From Promethearchaeati archaeon SRVP18_Atabeyarchaeia-1 (GTDB lineage Archaea > Asgardarchaeota > Atabeyarchaeia > Atabeyarchaeales > Atabeyarchaeaceae): 64,000 nucleotides of DNA. Below are positions 10,043-19,604 of this stretch, piece by piece; the first letter of the stretch is position 1, and the number at the start of each line of letters is the position of its first letter. The translations under genes were made by a program, and so were the position numbers. The notes beneath the pieces are model-generated. The model worked only from the letters and a program-made list of their open reading frames with translations. It ran no database searches and was not told where the DNA came from. The stretch is taken from assembly GCA_037308085.1 (NCBI GenBank), contig CP147779.1, positions 1,152,001 through 1,216,000 on the forward strand, read 5' to 3'.

Positions 10043-10552
10043 CTAAGACTTCGCTGGTCGTTTGTAACTGTTTCTCGAGAAGAGTTCTTCAAAACTCTTG
10101 CGAGGTCTTGCAGGAGGGTCCTGATCTGGTGCGCCGAGCGCCAAAATCCCAGCGACAACGGATTCCTTGGGTATGTCTAGCGATTGCTTTACACTATCGT
10201 CGTCGAACGCGCCGACCCAGACTCCCTTGAGTCCGGCTTCATAAGCAGCCAGCATGATCAATGTAAGCGCAATAGCGGTGTCAATGACGTGCCATCTCGG
10301 TGACCTCTTTGGATCTGCAACGCCAACTACAAGAAGAGGGGCTTTCGCCAAGTTTGGTTGCCCCGACGCCTTAGCGATCAGATTCAGTTTTTCTGGGTCA
10401 TCGACAAGCACAAACCGGTACGGCTGCCAATTCACGGCTGATGGTGCTTGCTGTGCAGCTTCCATTATGATGTCTAGCTGCTTCTTTTCGACTGGCTTGC
10501 TCTTCCACTTCCTAACACTTCTTCTCGATCTTATGATATCCATCACGGTCAA
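10043..10552 (-). CDS. nitroreductase family protein
   Basis: RRSVRKW, APSAVNWQP, GVWVGAFD. Confidence 0.9.
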   Translation of the reverse strand: MTVMDIIRSRRSVRKWKSKPVEKKQLDIIMEAAQQAPSAVNWQPYRFVLVDDPEKLNLIAKASGQPNLAKAPLLVVGVADPKRSPRWHVIDTAIALTLIMLAAYEAGLKGVWVGAFDDDSVKQSLDIPKESVVAGILALGAPDQDPPARPRKSFEELFSRNSYKRPAKS

Positions 10553-10623
10553 AGTCGATCACCTCGCAAAAGCAACCTGCTAACAGAGATAAGATACTAG
10601 ACAAAACCGTAGAACCCTCGGCT

Positions 10624-11592
10624 CTACGGTTTAGGTACCGCTAGGTCACTAGCTCCGCTTTCAGACAACCTTCCTTCGGGGTAGTTCTTCTCGATTATTC
10701 CATGGATTATCTCAGCGAACTTTACCTTCTCCCTGGCCTGGAACGCCAAGGCGTCAGGGCTGACCCATGGTCTGTAGGTTGAACCTATGTTGGAACCAGG
10801 CTCGATCTTAAAGTAGACAGGGCTGCAGACTCTGACTATCTCCGGGCAGTCGTAGAACCTGTTGAACCCACCAAAGGAGTCGAACAATATGGCAAATATG
10901 TCTAGTGGTATGTCGCATGCGCTTCTAAGTGAACCCAACTGGGGTAGTGAGAGATCTGCCAGTGGGTTGAAAGTATCAGCTCCGAGTGACTCGAGTAGTT
11001 TTGCGCTTGCTGGTGAGGCATGTCCGGCAAAGACCGAAACCTTGAATTTCACTTCCTTGGGGATCTCACCGATCCTCTTCAGTTCTTTTAGAAGCCACAG
11101 AAGCCCCTCGTCAATGACCAAGAATCCTCTGAAGCCTACCTCTATGAGTTTCTTTATCTCGTAGACGACATAGGAGAGCTGGTCAGCGCCCCTAAACCTC
11201 ATCCCTGAGAGAACCCCTTCGGGCGTAGCTATCTGCCTGCCAGTGTCCCAGAGTGATCTCGGTCCCGGTGTCGCTATGACCTCTATCTTAGCAGCCGCGG
11301 CGAGCTCAGCAAACTCCTCAAGCTCCTTCTCAGACAGTAGCGTCGCACCCATGACCATGCCTATAACTCTGTGAACTGGGACATCTCTCTTCTCAGACTC
11401 GTCTATCAGAGCCTCCAAGGTAGATGGACGTTCAATGCCGCTGATCTCGATTCGATAATTGCATCCGTCTGGGAAACTCTTCTTGCTCTTGGTGAGCTCG
11501 TAAAGATCTCTCCCTGGTATCCCAAGCTTCTGAAAAGCGTTACGCACATCATCAATATTCAATAACTTCACCCTCCGAATACATTGTGACAC
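10624..11592 (-). CDS. conserved TIM-barrel-like protein (possibly U32-peptidase-like)
   Basis: long clean ORF; SKKSFPDGCNYRIEI N-terminus resembles proteins annotated as U32-like; start uncertain. Confidence 0.5.
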   Translation of the reverse strand: MSQCIRRVKLLNIDDVRNAFQKLGIPGRDLYELTKSKKSFPDGCNYRIEISGIERPSTLEALIDESEKRDVPVHRVIGMVMGATLLSEKELEEFAELAAAAKIEVIATPGPRSLWDTGRQIATPEGVLSGMRFRGADQLSYVVYEIKKLIEVGFRGFLVIDEGLLWLLKELKRIGEIPKEVKFKVSVFAGHASPASAKLLESLGADTFNPLADLSLPQLGSLRSACDIPLDIFAILFDSFGGFNRFYDCPEIVRVCSPVYFKIEPGSNIGSTYRPWVSPDALAFQAREKVKFAEIIHGIIEKNYPEGRLSESGASDLAVPKP

Positions 11593-11841
11593 AATCTACA
11601 ACGCCGTATTTAACAGTCTCGGAATTCATAGACCTAAGTAGGCGTAGAGAAGAGGATGGGCGTTCATATTGAGAATCCTCGCACACTAGTATTGGTGAGG
11701 ATAAGCTCCTATCCAGCGCGGATGTGGCGAGGAAGGGACAAGCCACCAATGAAGGCCACGGCGGAGAAGCCACTGAAGAGCATGGCCGCCGAACCCATGA
11801 ACCCGGAACCCTCCGAGAACGAGAACCTGCAAAAACAGGGG

Positions 11842-13119
11842 TTGTTGAAGGCGCTAAGAACCTACTCGCTGAGCTGTAACCAGGGCGAAGCACTCAGCGG
11901 TCTGACGTCTGCATATAACTCCACCCTCAACGAGATGCTACAGCGCATCTGGGGAACAATGCAGTGGAGGAAGCACCAGATCAAGGGCAAGAAGCAGCAG
12001 AGGCTCTACCCCGCCTACAGGAAGGACAACGCCTTCAAGCGCGGGCTGAGAGACACATGCCTTGAAGGGTGGGTCTACGCTGCGCACTGGGTTGACTCTT
12101 CCCCGAAGACCGCCTTCAGCATCATGTCCTCCTGGAAGAGAAACTATGAGAAGGGTGAGAGGAGGAGGAGGTGCCCACGTGCAGGGAGGCTCTTCCTGCG
12201 GGCAAAGCAGACCCTCCTCAAACTTGAAGACGAGAAACTGAGGGTCACCGTGAAGTCGCGCGAGTTCGTTTACATCGATCTCTCCAGGCGCTACTTCAAG
12301 CTGCCTGGTAGTGTGTCCTCCGCGGGCATAGGTGAACCCGTCATCACACCCGATAGAATACACCTGCCCATCCACGTACCGGAAGAGCCTCGGAAGAGGC
12401 CCGCGGAGGCGGTGGCGTGGGACTCGAACATGCTCAGCATGGATGGCTACGGTCCTGAGACTGGTTGGGTGAAGATTGATACGAGGAGGCTCGCCTCCGT
12501 CCACATCTCGGCCTTCGAGAAGAGGCGCAGCGTGCAGAGAAAGGCCTCAAAGTCGAAGAAGGCGAAGAGCACCCTCACAAAATACGGGAGAAGGGAAAGG
12601 GACCGCGCCAAGAAGCGGCAGGTGGAGATAGCGAGGGTGATGCGCTCCCTATCTGGGAGAAACGGCTTCGAGGAGCTTCGCAAGGAGCGGCTCTACTCCA
12701 AGTCGAGACTGTGGAACAGGCGAGTAGCACGCACGGACTGGCGCGGAATAAGGAGACTCGCGGACGGCGTTGAGGTGCCTCAACAGTTTACCTCGAAGAC
12801 CTGCTCCAGATGCGGGTGGACCAACAAAGACCTAAGAAGAGGGGCAGCAGTCTTCGAGTGCGGGAACTGTGGCCTTCGAATTGACAGGCAGCTCAACGCC
12901 GCCATCAACCTCTACCTGAGGATGGAGGGCGTTCCCCACGAGAAGGAACGATGGGATGCGAGCATCCTGCAGTCGCTTTTTGTGGGCGGGTACGTCCTGA
13001 CGGGGGCGGAGCGGAGGGGTGCCGATGAACTCGTGAGGCGCCTATATGATGCGGTGAAGCCCCAGATCTACATAGCATACGATAGGTACGCCGACGCATA
13101 CCAACCTATGCTTACGTAG
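11842..13119 (+). CDS. tnpB: TnpB-family protein with RuvC-III D->Q
   Basis: AWDSN (RuvC-I), GFEEL (RuvC-II), TSKTCSRCG/CGNCG zinc finger, IDRQLNAAINL; ORF is open from 11656 but TTG 11842 is the more plausible start; GC-richer than flanks. Confidence 0.85.
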   Translation: MLKALRTYSLSCNQGEALSGLTSAYNSTLNEMLQRIWGTMQWRKHQIKGKKQQRLYPAYRKDNAFKRGLRDTCLEGWVYAAHWVDSSPKTAFSIMSSWKRNYEKGERRRRCPRAGRLFLRAKQTLLKLEDEKLRVTVKSREFVYIDLSRRYFKLPGSVSSAGIGEPVITPDRIHLPIHVPEEPRKRPAEAVAWDSNMLSMDGYGPETGWVKIDTRRLASVHISAFEKRRSVQRKASKSKKAKSTLTKYGRRERDRAKKRQVEIARVMRSLSGRNGFEELRKERLYSKSRLWNRRVARTDWRGIRRLADGVEVPQQFTSKTCSRCGWTNKDLRRGAAVFECGNCGLRIDRQLNAAINLYLRMEGVPHEKERWDASILQSLFVGGYVLTGAERRGADELVRRLYDAVKPQIYIAYDRYADAYQPMLT

Positions 13120-13303
13120 GTTGAAACCCCTCTATTTCTATCTTTCTTTAGGCAGGACGATTCGTCAGGACATGGGAAAAGAATGCATAGTTCTGGGTCG
13201 ACATTATTAGCCCAAGGTATAGTGTCGCACAGTGCAGGCTGCGCCGTTCCTTAGATTAATAAACGTATTTGCCTTTAATTGTCAATCTGAGGTGCACTAA
13301 TTC

Positions 13304-14797
13304 ATGAGCAAGAACTTCAAGTTATCTGGTGTAATTCCGGCACTTGTTACCCCTTTCGCGAAGGATGATGAAGAGGTAGACGAAGGAGCGCTGAAGTCGC
13401 TGATAGATTTCGTTATTAGCAAAGGGGTGACGGGTGTAGTTCCATGTGGAACTACGGGCGAATTTACTTCTATGTCCGACTCTGAGAAGCAGAGAGTTCT
13501 CAAGTTGACTGTCGACCATGTGAACGGCCGGGTTCCGGTAATCGCAGGCACAGGGTGTGCTGCGACTAAACAGACCATCGAGATGTCGAAATACGCGAAG
13601 AACGTTGGGGCTGATGCTGCCTTGGTCGTTACGCCCTTTTACCTAAAGCCGTCTGACCGAGGTATCTACGAGCACTACAGAAGAATCGCTGAAGCTCTCG
13701 ACGGATTCCCACTTATAATGTACAATATCCCGCAGGTCACGGGAGTCACGCTCGGATGGCCGCTGGTTGAGGATCTCGCCGAGATCGACAACATTGTAGG
13801 ACTAAAGGATAGCAGTGGTCAACTCCCCTACATGATGGCTGTGCTTGAGAAAGTGAGAGACAAGATCTTTGTGATGTGCGGACACGACGAGGTTGTCCTC
13901 CCGGCGCTTGCAGGTGGTGCCAACGGAGTCATCCTAGCATCAGCAAACGTCATCCCTGACATGTGGCTCAAGCTGTACAAGGCAGCCAAGGAGGGGAAGG
14001 TTGAGGAAGCCCGGAAAGTTCAGATGCAGATCCAGAAATTCGCCAGGATAATCGTTGGAAGCGGGGCCGTCGGAGTCAAGGAAGCGCTAAAAGCCATAGG
14101 CATCAACGCAGGGGCACCCCGTTGGCCACTATCCGTTGGAGGAGAACTATCATTCGAGAATAGGGAAGAGATTAGAATAGAACTCGAGAAATTCGGTAAG
14201 ATTGTGAAGAAGACCATAGAGTTTGAAGTCGTACCCGGAGTTCCAGTGGAAGATAGATTCGCAGCCGTCGAGATAACGCCGAAAACCATCAAGGATTTCT
14301 CACTCAAGGTGGGGGAAGCGCTGATAGACTCTGGGAGTGAGGTAGCACACATTGACGTGATGATAGGCAGAAAGGATGGCCCCGTTGGGGAAGGCTTTGC
14401 AAAAGCCAAGGCGAACCCCGCGCCTGGGCATGAAGCGCTACTCGCGGTCTTGGAACCAAACCTGCCAGTCAAGCCACCAACCCTAATCATGCCCACCGTC
14501 ACGATTAGGAACCTCAGACAAAGCCAAATGATATTCGGACCAGCTCAAGCTGGCGTAGCCAAGGGAGTGGTCGACAGCGTGGCCGATGGCATCATACCTA
14601 AGGGAGCTCTCGACGATCTTGTCATCGTGGCGAATGTGTTCGTCCACCCCTCAGCCGTCGACAGACATCGGGTATTCATTAACAACTGGAAGGCAATGAG
14701 GCAGGCCATAAGAAGGGCAATGGAGGGAAGACCAACTGCCGAGGAACTGGAGAGAGATAAGGAAGCAGCTAGGCACCCATTCAAGCACACGCCCTAG
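13304..14797 (+). CDS. DapA/DHDPS-family aldolase fused to formaldehyde-activating enzyme (Fae)
   Basis: N-terminal GTTGEF, YNIP, GLKDSSG; C-terminal VGEAL...EVAHIDVMIG, KPPTLIMPTVTI, IFGPAQAGVAKGVVDSV. Confidence 0.9.
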   Translation: MSKNFKLSGVIPALVTPFAKDDEEVDEGALKSLIDFVISKGVTGVVPCGTTGEFTSMSDSEKQRVLKLTVDHVNGRVPVIAGTGCAATKQTIEMSKYAKNVGADAALVVTPFYLKPSDRGIYEHYRRIAEALDGFPLIMYNIPQVTGVTLGWPLVEDLAEIDNIVGLKDSSGQLPYMMAVLEKVRDKIFVMCGHDEVVLPALAGGANGVILASANVIPDMWLKLYKAAKEGKVEEARKVQMQIQKFARIIVGSGAVGVKEALKAIGINAGAPRWPLSVGGELSFENREEIRIELEKFGKIVKKTIEFEVVPGVPVEDRFAAVEITPKTIKDFSLKVGEALIDSGSEVAHIDVMIGRKDGPVGEGFAKAKANPAPGHEALLAVLEPNLPVKPPTLIMPTVTIRNLRQSQMIFGPAQAGVAKGVVDSVADGIIPKGALDDLVIVANVFVHPSAVDRHRVFINNWKAMRQAIRRAMEGRPTAEELERDKEAARHPFKHTP

Positions 14798-14866
14798 TCA
14801 TGTTGCCGACTGGCAAAATCCTGACAAGATGGCATGAGTGCGAGACCGGCTAGTTCCTTCTCGCAC

Positions 14867-15175
14867 TTATTTTATCAGGTTCTGGTCTGCTACATCGATG
14901 ACTAGAACATGCCTCTTGGTTGGATCGGTCGAGAACTCATCCGAGTATGTAACCTCATGCGTAATGGTGTTCAGCACAGCATACTTCTTCTTGATCTGTG
15001 GGGCCTCAACATAACAAACGATCGCCTTCCCCATGACTGGGAGAATGGCGAAGTACATGTGCTTTCCAGCCTTCTCGGTATGGCACAGGTACGATGGGGC
15101 CATTGGGGAAAGAACTATCATTACGAGATCCTCAACCCGCTTCAGCCTCATATAGAAGTGCTCTTCCTCAGGCAA
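14867..15175 (-). CDS. small conserved archaeal hypothetical protein ('cren protein'-like)
   Basis: 102-aa ORF with purine-rich SD-like sequence upstream; family resemblance only. Confidence 0.55.
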   Translation of the reverse strand: MPEEEHFYMRLKRVEDLVMIVLSPMAPSYLCHTEKAGKHMYFAILPVMGKAIVCYVEAPQIKKKYAVLNTITHEVTYSDEFSTDPTKRHVLVIDVADQNLIK

Positions 15176-15333
15176 GATCGATCAGCTCTCCTTCTCCTCT
15201 GTCCGCCATAACAGTTGCGGGCTAACCAGGCATGGTTAACCCGAAGAAGTGAGTAGGGAAGAATGATTCATTAATTTATCGGAAAGGCTCGGAGCAGGGC
15301 AATTGCGCCCCTTCTGCCCGACGCCCTTGGCGC

Positions 15334-16749
15334 TCAGAGGGCAACAACCACTATTATATCATTGACATTGGTGCCTGTGGGGCCAGTCACTATTAGTCCG
15401 TCGCCGAGTGCTTTGAAGAAAGTGTTTGAATCATTCCTTAGAAGGTAGTCATCTATGTCCAAGTTTCTCGATCTTGAATTCACGGACGAGGAGGCGTCGA
15501 TAATCGCTCCTGCTGCCTCAGTGGGGCCGTCGATGCCGTCGGTTCCCATGGCAGCTATAGTTGCCCCGCCAACGTCTTCTATTGATCTCAACGCGGACAG
15601 AACTAGTTCTTGGTTCCTGCCGCCTTTACCGCTCCCGCGTACGGTGACAGTTGTCTCTCCTCCCATGATGACTGCCGCTGGTTTGCGAAGAGGAGAGTCA
15701 TACTTCACAATCTCCTTTGCCATCGCTCCGGCGAATTTGCCTACTTCTCTAGCTTCACCCTCCACCATTGTAGAAAGTACGAAGCTGTTCAGATTCAGCT
15801 CGCGGGCTTTTGCGTGAGCCGCGGCGCAAGCCTGCCTGTTGCTACCTATCAACACATTGTGAACACGGCTGAATGTCGGGGACCCAGGCTTGGGGGTCTC
15901 AGGAGCTTGGCCAGCTGTTCCCTTCAGCAAGTACTGTCTGGCGCTATTCGGAATATCGTTCCAGAGTTTGTGGTACCTCAGCACTCCCACCGCATTCTGG
16001 AAGGTCGTGGTGTCCGGAGCTGTTGGACCGCTAGCTATGACATCAAGGGGATCTCCCACGACATCGCTCAGTATTATTGATGCTACTTCACAGCCTTTCG
16101 AAGCGGCTTTTTCCGCGAGTCTCCCTCCTTTCACCAATGAGAAGTGCTTGCGGACTGTGTTCAACTCTCTGATGGTAACACCATGCTTCTGCAGCATCTC
16201 AATCACAGTCTGGAGTTCTTCCAGTGGAACCTCGGGAGGGGGAAGGCAGAGCAATGCAGATCCTCCTCCGGAGATCAGACATATAATAAGGTCTTCTGGA
16301 TTTGCATTATCCACGATCGAGATGATTCTCCGTGTCGCCTCTAGGCTGTCACTCTTAGGTATTGGGTGACTCGACTCGCGTAGTTCCACAAGTTTCGTGT
16401 TGAACATGTTTCGGGTTCCACGCAGAATGCTTACACAACCGCCGGCGATCTTCTCGCCCAGAAGGTTCTCGGCTTCCTCCGCCATGGCTCCGCTTGCCTT
16501 ACCTCCCCCAACGACATATATTCTTCCCGATTTCTTGATTCCAATGGTATCTTTGCCTATCCTGAGGGTTTTCCCATCTTCGGATAGTCTCAAAACCCTC
16601 CTCAGCGCAATTCTTGGATCGGAAGCTCTGACAGCTTCCTCAAGAAGTGTCAATGCTATTGTTCTTGCCTTCCTATCGGTGAATTCAGTTGTCTTTGACA
16701 ACAGATCCTCAAAGTTCTTTACAATATGATCCATCATATCGGGTGGCAC
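15334..16749 (-). CDS. glycerate 2-kinase (MOFRL family)
   Basis: GGGKAS, LISGGGSAL, SDVVGD, GGETTV, GGRNQEL, TGTNVND. Confidence 0.95.
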   Translation of the reverse strand: MPPDMMDHIVKNFEDLLSKTTEFTDRKARTIALTLLEEAVRASDPRIALRRVLRLSEDGKTLRIGKDTIGIKKSGRIYVVGGGKASGAMAEEAENLLGEKIAGGCVSILRGTRNMFNTKLVELRESSHPIPKSDSLEATRRIISIVDNANPEDLIICLISGGGSALLCLPPPEVPLEELQTVIEMLQKHGVTIRELNTVRKHFSLVKGGRLAEKAASKGCEVASIILSDVVGDPLDVIASGPTAPDTTTFQNAVGVLRYHKLWNDIPNSARQYLLKGTAGQAPETPKPGSPTFSRVHNVLIGSNRQACAAAHAKARELNLNSFVLSTMVEGEAREVGKFAGAMAKEIVKYDSPLRKPAAVIMGGETTVTVRGSGKGGRNQELVLSALRSIEDVGGATIAAMGTDGIDGPTEAAGAIIDASSSVNSRSRNLDIDDYLLRNDSNTFFKALGDGLIVTGPTGTNVNDIIVVVAL

Positions 16750-16794
16750 CTCAAAAGGGATGCCCGGCGTCAGGCGGGTGAGGGTACGAATTGC

Positions 16795-18099
16795 TCAGCT
16801 TTTCTCCTGCGAAACCATCCCCATCAGTATGGGCATCAGTTCACTGCCTTTTGACAAGATCTTTAGGCTTCCCTTGGCACATTCCCGCTCTCCAAACTTC
16901 TTCAGGCCGTCTCCTCTGATCTTATTTCCAGATATTAGGACTGGCACTGGATCATCGCTGTGACCCTTCAATGAACAGGGCGTCGAATGATCTGCTGTCA
17001 CGCAGATAACGGAATTTGGAACATCAATTATCTTGAGGAGCTTGCTGAAGAAGAGCATATCGATCTTCTCAATGATCTCCTTTTTCAAGTTCACATCTCC
17101 GTCATGCCCTGGCTCATCAGGACCCTTTATGTGTATGTAAAAGCAGTTATGTGCCTTCATGGCCTCCTTGAGTCGAGCTATCCTCAGCTCCATGTCTCCT
17201 TGAACATCCTTCGATGGCGGAGGCAATTCGAATACGTCCATTCCTGCCAATCTGCCAATGCCAATCTCCACTGGCATATCAGCTAGACAAGCAAACTTCA
17301 CGTTGTACCTCTCGTTGAGGCTGAAGAGTTGAGGGACATGATCTCCTGCATCTCTCGTCAGTACAACATTCGCCTTCTTCTTTCCATCCCTAGCTCGCCG
17401 CTCATTTACTGGATGATCCCTGAGTACAGCGATGGTCTTCTCAACGAACTCGTTAACCAGGTCAGCGGAGATCTTGGAGCTCCTCTTCCTATCAAGTGGC
17501 TCACATTTCATTAGCTTGTTCTCAGTCACCGCCTTAGCCACGCCGAGCCCATTCACGCGCGCATATGCGGAATCGGTATTAGATACGTTACCTGAAAGTG
17601 GACCTTCTCCACTTCTTATAACCAAGACGCACCGGTGACCGACCGTATTCTTGAATTCAAACACCGCAGGATGCGACTCAAGTTTGACAGTCTCGTTGAT
17701 TGACTTGCTGAGCTCTGTCGCCTCATCATTGCTTAGGTTTCTGCCGGCGCGCCGATCAATAATAGCATTTCCCTCGCCAAGGGTAGCGAAGTTGCATCGT
17801 GAGGCCAAATCGCCGTCATTGACCGCAAGTCCTGCGCCAAATGACTCAATGGGTCCCCTTCCCGTATGATACTTAAATGGATCATATCCGAGTATTGAGA
17901 TGACTGCCACGTCGCTTTCAGGTGCAACGCCCTTCCTCACTGTGTACATCAAACCGGTTCTGCCATTATTCGCCAGCTTATCCAAGTTGGGGGTGGACGC
18001 AGCTTCAAGCGGGGTTTTCCCGCCAAGTTCATCTACAGGTCGATCTCCCATTCCATCTATGCAAACATAAAACAGATTCATCACAAACAACATCTCCAA
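16795..18099 (-). CDS. apgM: 2,3-bisphosphoglycerate-independent phosphoglycerate mutase, archaeal type
   Basis: DGMGDRP...TPLEAA, PESD, HIKGPDEPGHDG, TADHSTP, HSDDPVP. Confidence 0.9.
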   Translation of the reverse strand: MEMLFVMNLFYVCIDGMGDRPVDELGGKTPLEAASTPNLDKLANNGRTGLMYTVRKGVAPESDVAVISILGYDPFKYHTGRGPIESFGAGLAVNDGDLASRCNFATLGEGNAIIDRRAGRNLSNDEATELSKSINETVKLESHPAVFEFKNTVGHRCVLVIRSGEGPLSGNVSNTDSAYARVNGLGVAKAVTENKLMKCEPLDRKRSSKISADLVNEFVEKTIAVLRDHPVNERRARDGKKKANVVLTRDAGDHVPQLFSLNERYNVKFACLADMPVEIGIGRLAGMDVFELPPPSKDVQGDMELRIARLKEAMKAHNCFYIHIKGPDEPGHDGDVNLKKEIIEKIDMLFFSKLLKIIDVPNSVICVTADHSTPCSLKGHSDDPVPVLISGNKIRGDGLKKFGERECAKGSLKILSKGSELMPILMGMVSQEKS

Positions 18100-18206
18100 T
18101 GTATCTATTGCGTCGACAGTGAATTCTGATAAAGGGTCTAAGAGAATCCGCGTTCCACCCGCTAACCCAGCTGGTTCTGGGAGCGGCAGGAGGACAGAGT
18201 TTCAGA

Positions 18207-19553
18207 TTACTGTAATTTCTCTTTTAGAGTCACTATGAATTTGCAGTGATCGTGGCCAGTTCCATAGCATTCAATTTCTTGGACGTTCGCCTCAACCTTC
18301 AGCTTAGCTTCCATTATGCCTTCGATCAAGCCTTCATCTAGCGTGCAGAGTGTATCTCCCACGTTTGGCGAGTCCTTGCACTCAAGACACTCATCCACAA
18401 TAATGGTCAACGTGTTATCTTCTTGCTGGAGCCTCATAATACCTAGACCGTGAGTACTCCAATATTCGGCTAGTTCCTTCATCAGTGCCCCCTGATTCTT
18501 CGCCTTTAATGAATGAGCCACATCTGTGCCGACTTGTTTGCCAATCTGCCTGAACTGATCCCTCAGATTAATCCCGAGAAAATCCAACGCGTGAAATATC
18601 GACTTCAACTCTGTTCCGAAGCTCAGTTGATCTTCGCCCACATGGTTGACCAGCTTGGCGAGCTTCTCATATAGCTGGTTCTCGGTGAGGTTGATGTTAA
18701 TGCGACCAGAAGGCTTCCCTGTTTCTATCTCCTCAATTCTGCTTTTTCCCTCGGTAGCCCCAGTCCACATTAGCCCGAAAAACTCCTTCTGGGACATCAC
18801 GAAGTCTTTGCTGTCTGTCCACAAGGCCGTGTCTCTTTCCGCAGGAAGCCCAATTGAGCTACCCAGCGCAAGCTGAGCAATGGCTTCCTTGTCATCTACA
18901 ACAATGAAGCTCGATGGATTCTCGCTCTTCAAATGCCTTACGTCAGCAAATTCCATGAACCGTTTAACGGACCTGATATTGGCCTGATCGATCTCGCAGA
19001 TTACCCTGACCTTGGTCTTATTCTTCTCCACGAGTTCTTCAAGCGAATCGTCGACTCCGTTCAGCACCGCGAGGACGACTCCACGCCTAGTGGTCACCAT
19101 GCCTACTTCTTTTCTCGGCTCCTGGAAGACTTCCGCGAGAACGTTGTAAATGCGCTGTGCGCCATGAATTAGCCTGAGAGTAGGTTGAACCTCAACCTTT
19201 CCAGGCGGAATGGATCTCCACAACTTGAGAACAGCATCTTTGCTTCGTTCAATCTTGGAGATCTTGTTTCTCTGCTCCTGCATCAAGACATCGAATCCTT
19301 TTTCAAGGGGAACCGCAACGAACCTCATTGGCTTCTCAAGAGTCCTCTTCACCAAGCTCCTCTGCTCAAGTTTCTCGAGCGTTCGATAGGCATCCATCCT
19401 ATCGAATTTTAGGGAATCGGCGACAGCACTAGCTTTGCTCGGTCCCAACCTGTTCAACTCAAGATATATCTGGGCTTCCTTCTCAGTCAACCCGGACTCG
19501 ACAAGCTCATTGGTTATCGATTCCATCGGGATCTTTCCTCCATTAGCCCCCAA
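18207..19553 (-). CDS. TrmB-family transcriptional regulator with C-terminal V4R domain
   Basis: GLTEKEAQIYL wHTH, PLD-like effector domain (FIVVDDKE), C-terminal ECLEC...LC...EG...EIEC...G...C. Confidence 0.85.
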   Translation of the reverse strand: MGANGGKIPMESITNELVESGLTEKEAQIYLELNRLGPSKASAVADSLKFDRMDAYRTLEKLEQRSLVKRTLEKPMRFVAVPLEKGFDVLMQEQRNKISKIERSKDAVLKLWRSIPPGKVEVQPTLRLIHGAQRIYNVLAEVFQEPRKEVGMVTTRRGVVLAVLNGVDDSLEELVEKNKTKVRVICEIDQANIRSVKRFMEFADVRHLKSENPSSFIVVDDKEAIAQLALGSSIGLPAERDTALWTDSKDFVMSQKEFFGLMWTGATEGKSRIEEIETGKPSGRININLTENQLYEKLAKLVNHVGEDQLSFGTELKSIFHALDFLGINLRDQFRQIGKQVGTDVAHSLKAKNQGALMKELAEYWSTHGLGIMRLQQEDNTLTIIVDECLECKDSPNVGDTLCTLDEGLIEGIMEAKLKVEANVQEIECYGTGHDHCKFIVTLKEKLQ

Positions 19554-19604
19554 AGAAGCAGCACATGGACCTATCTGTAATTAGCTTCATCTACTAAGGT
19601 TCTG

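Noticed and set aside
15218-18189. Isolated hairpins at 15218-15243 and about 18159-18187
   Set aside because: Single intergenic stems without further structure or shared sequence; insufficient for a call.
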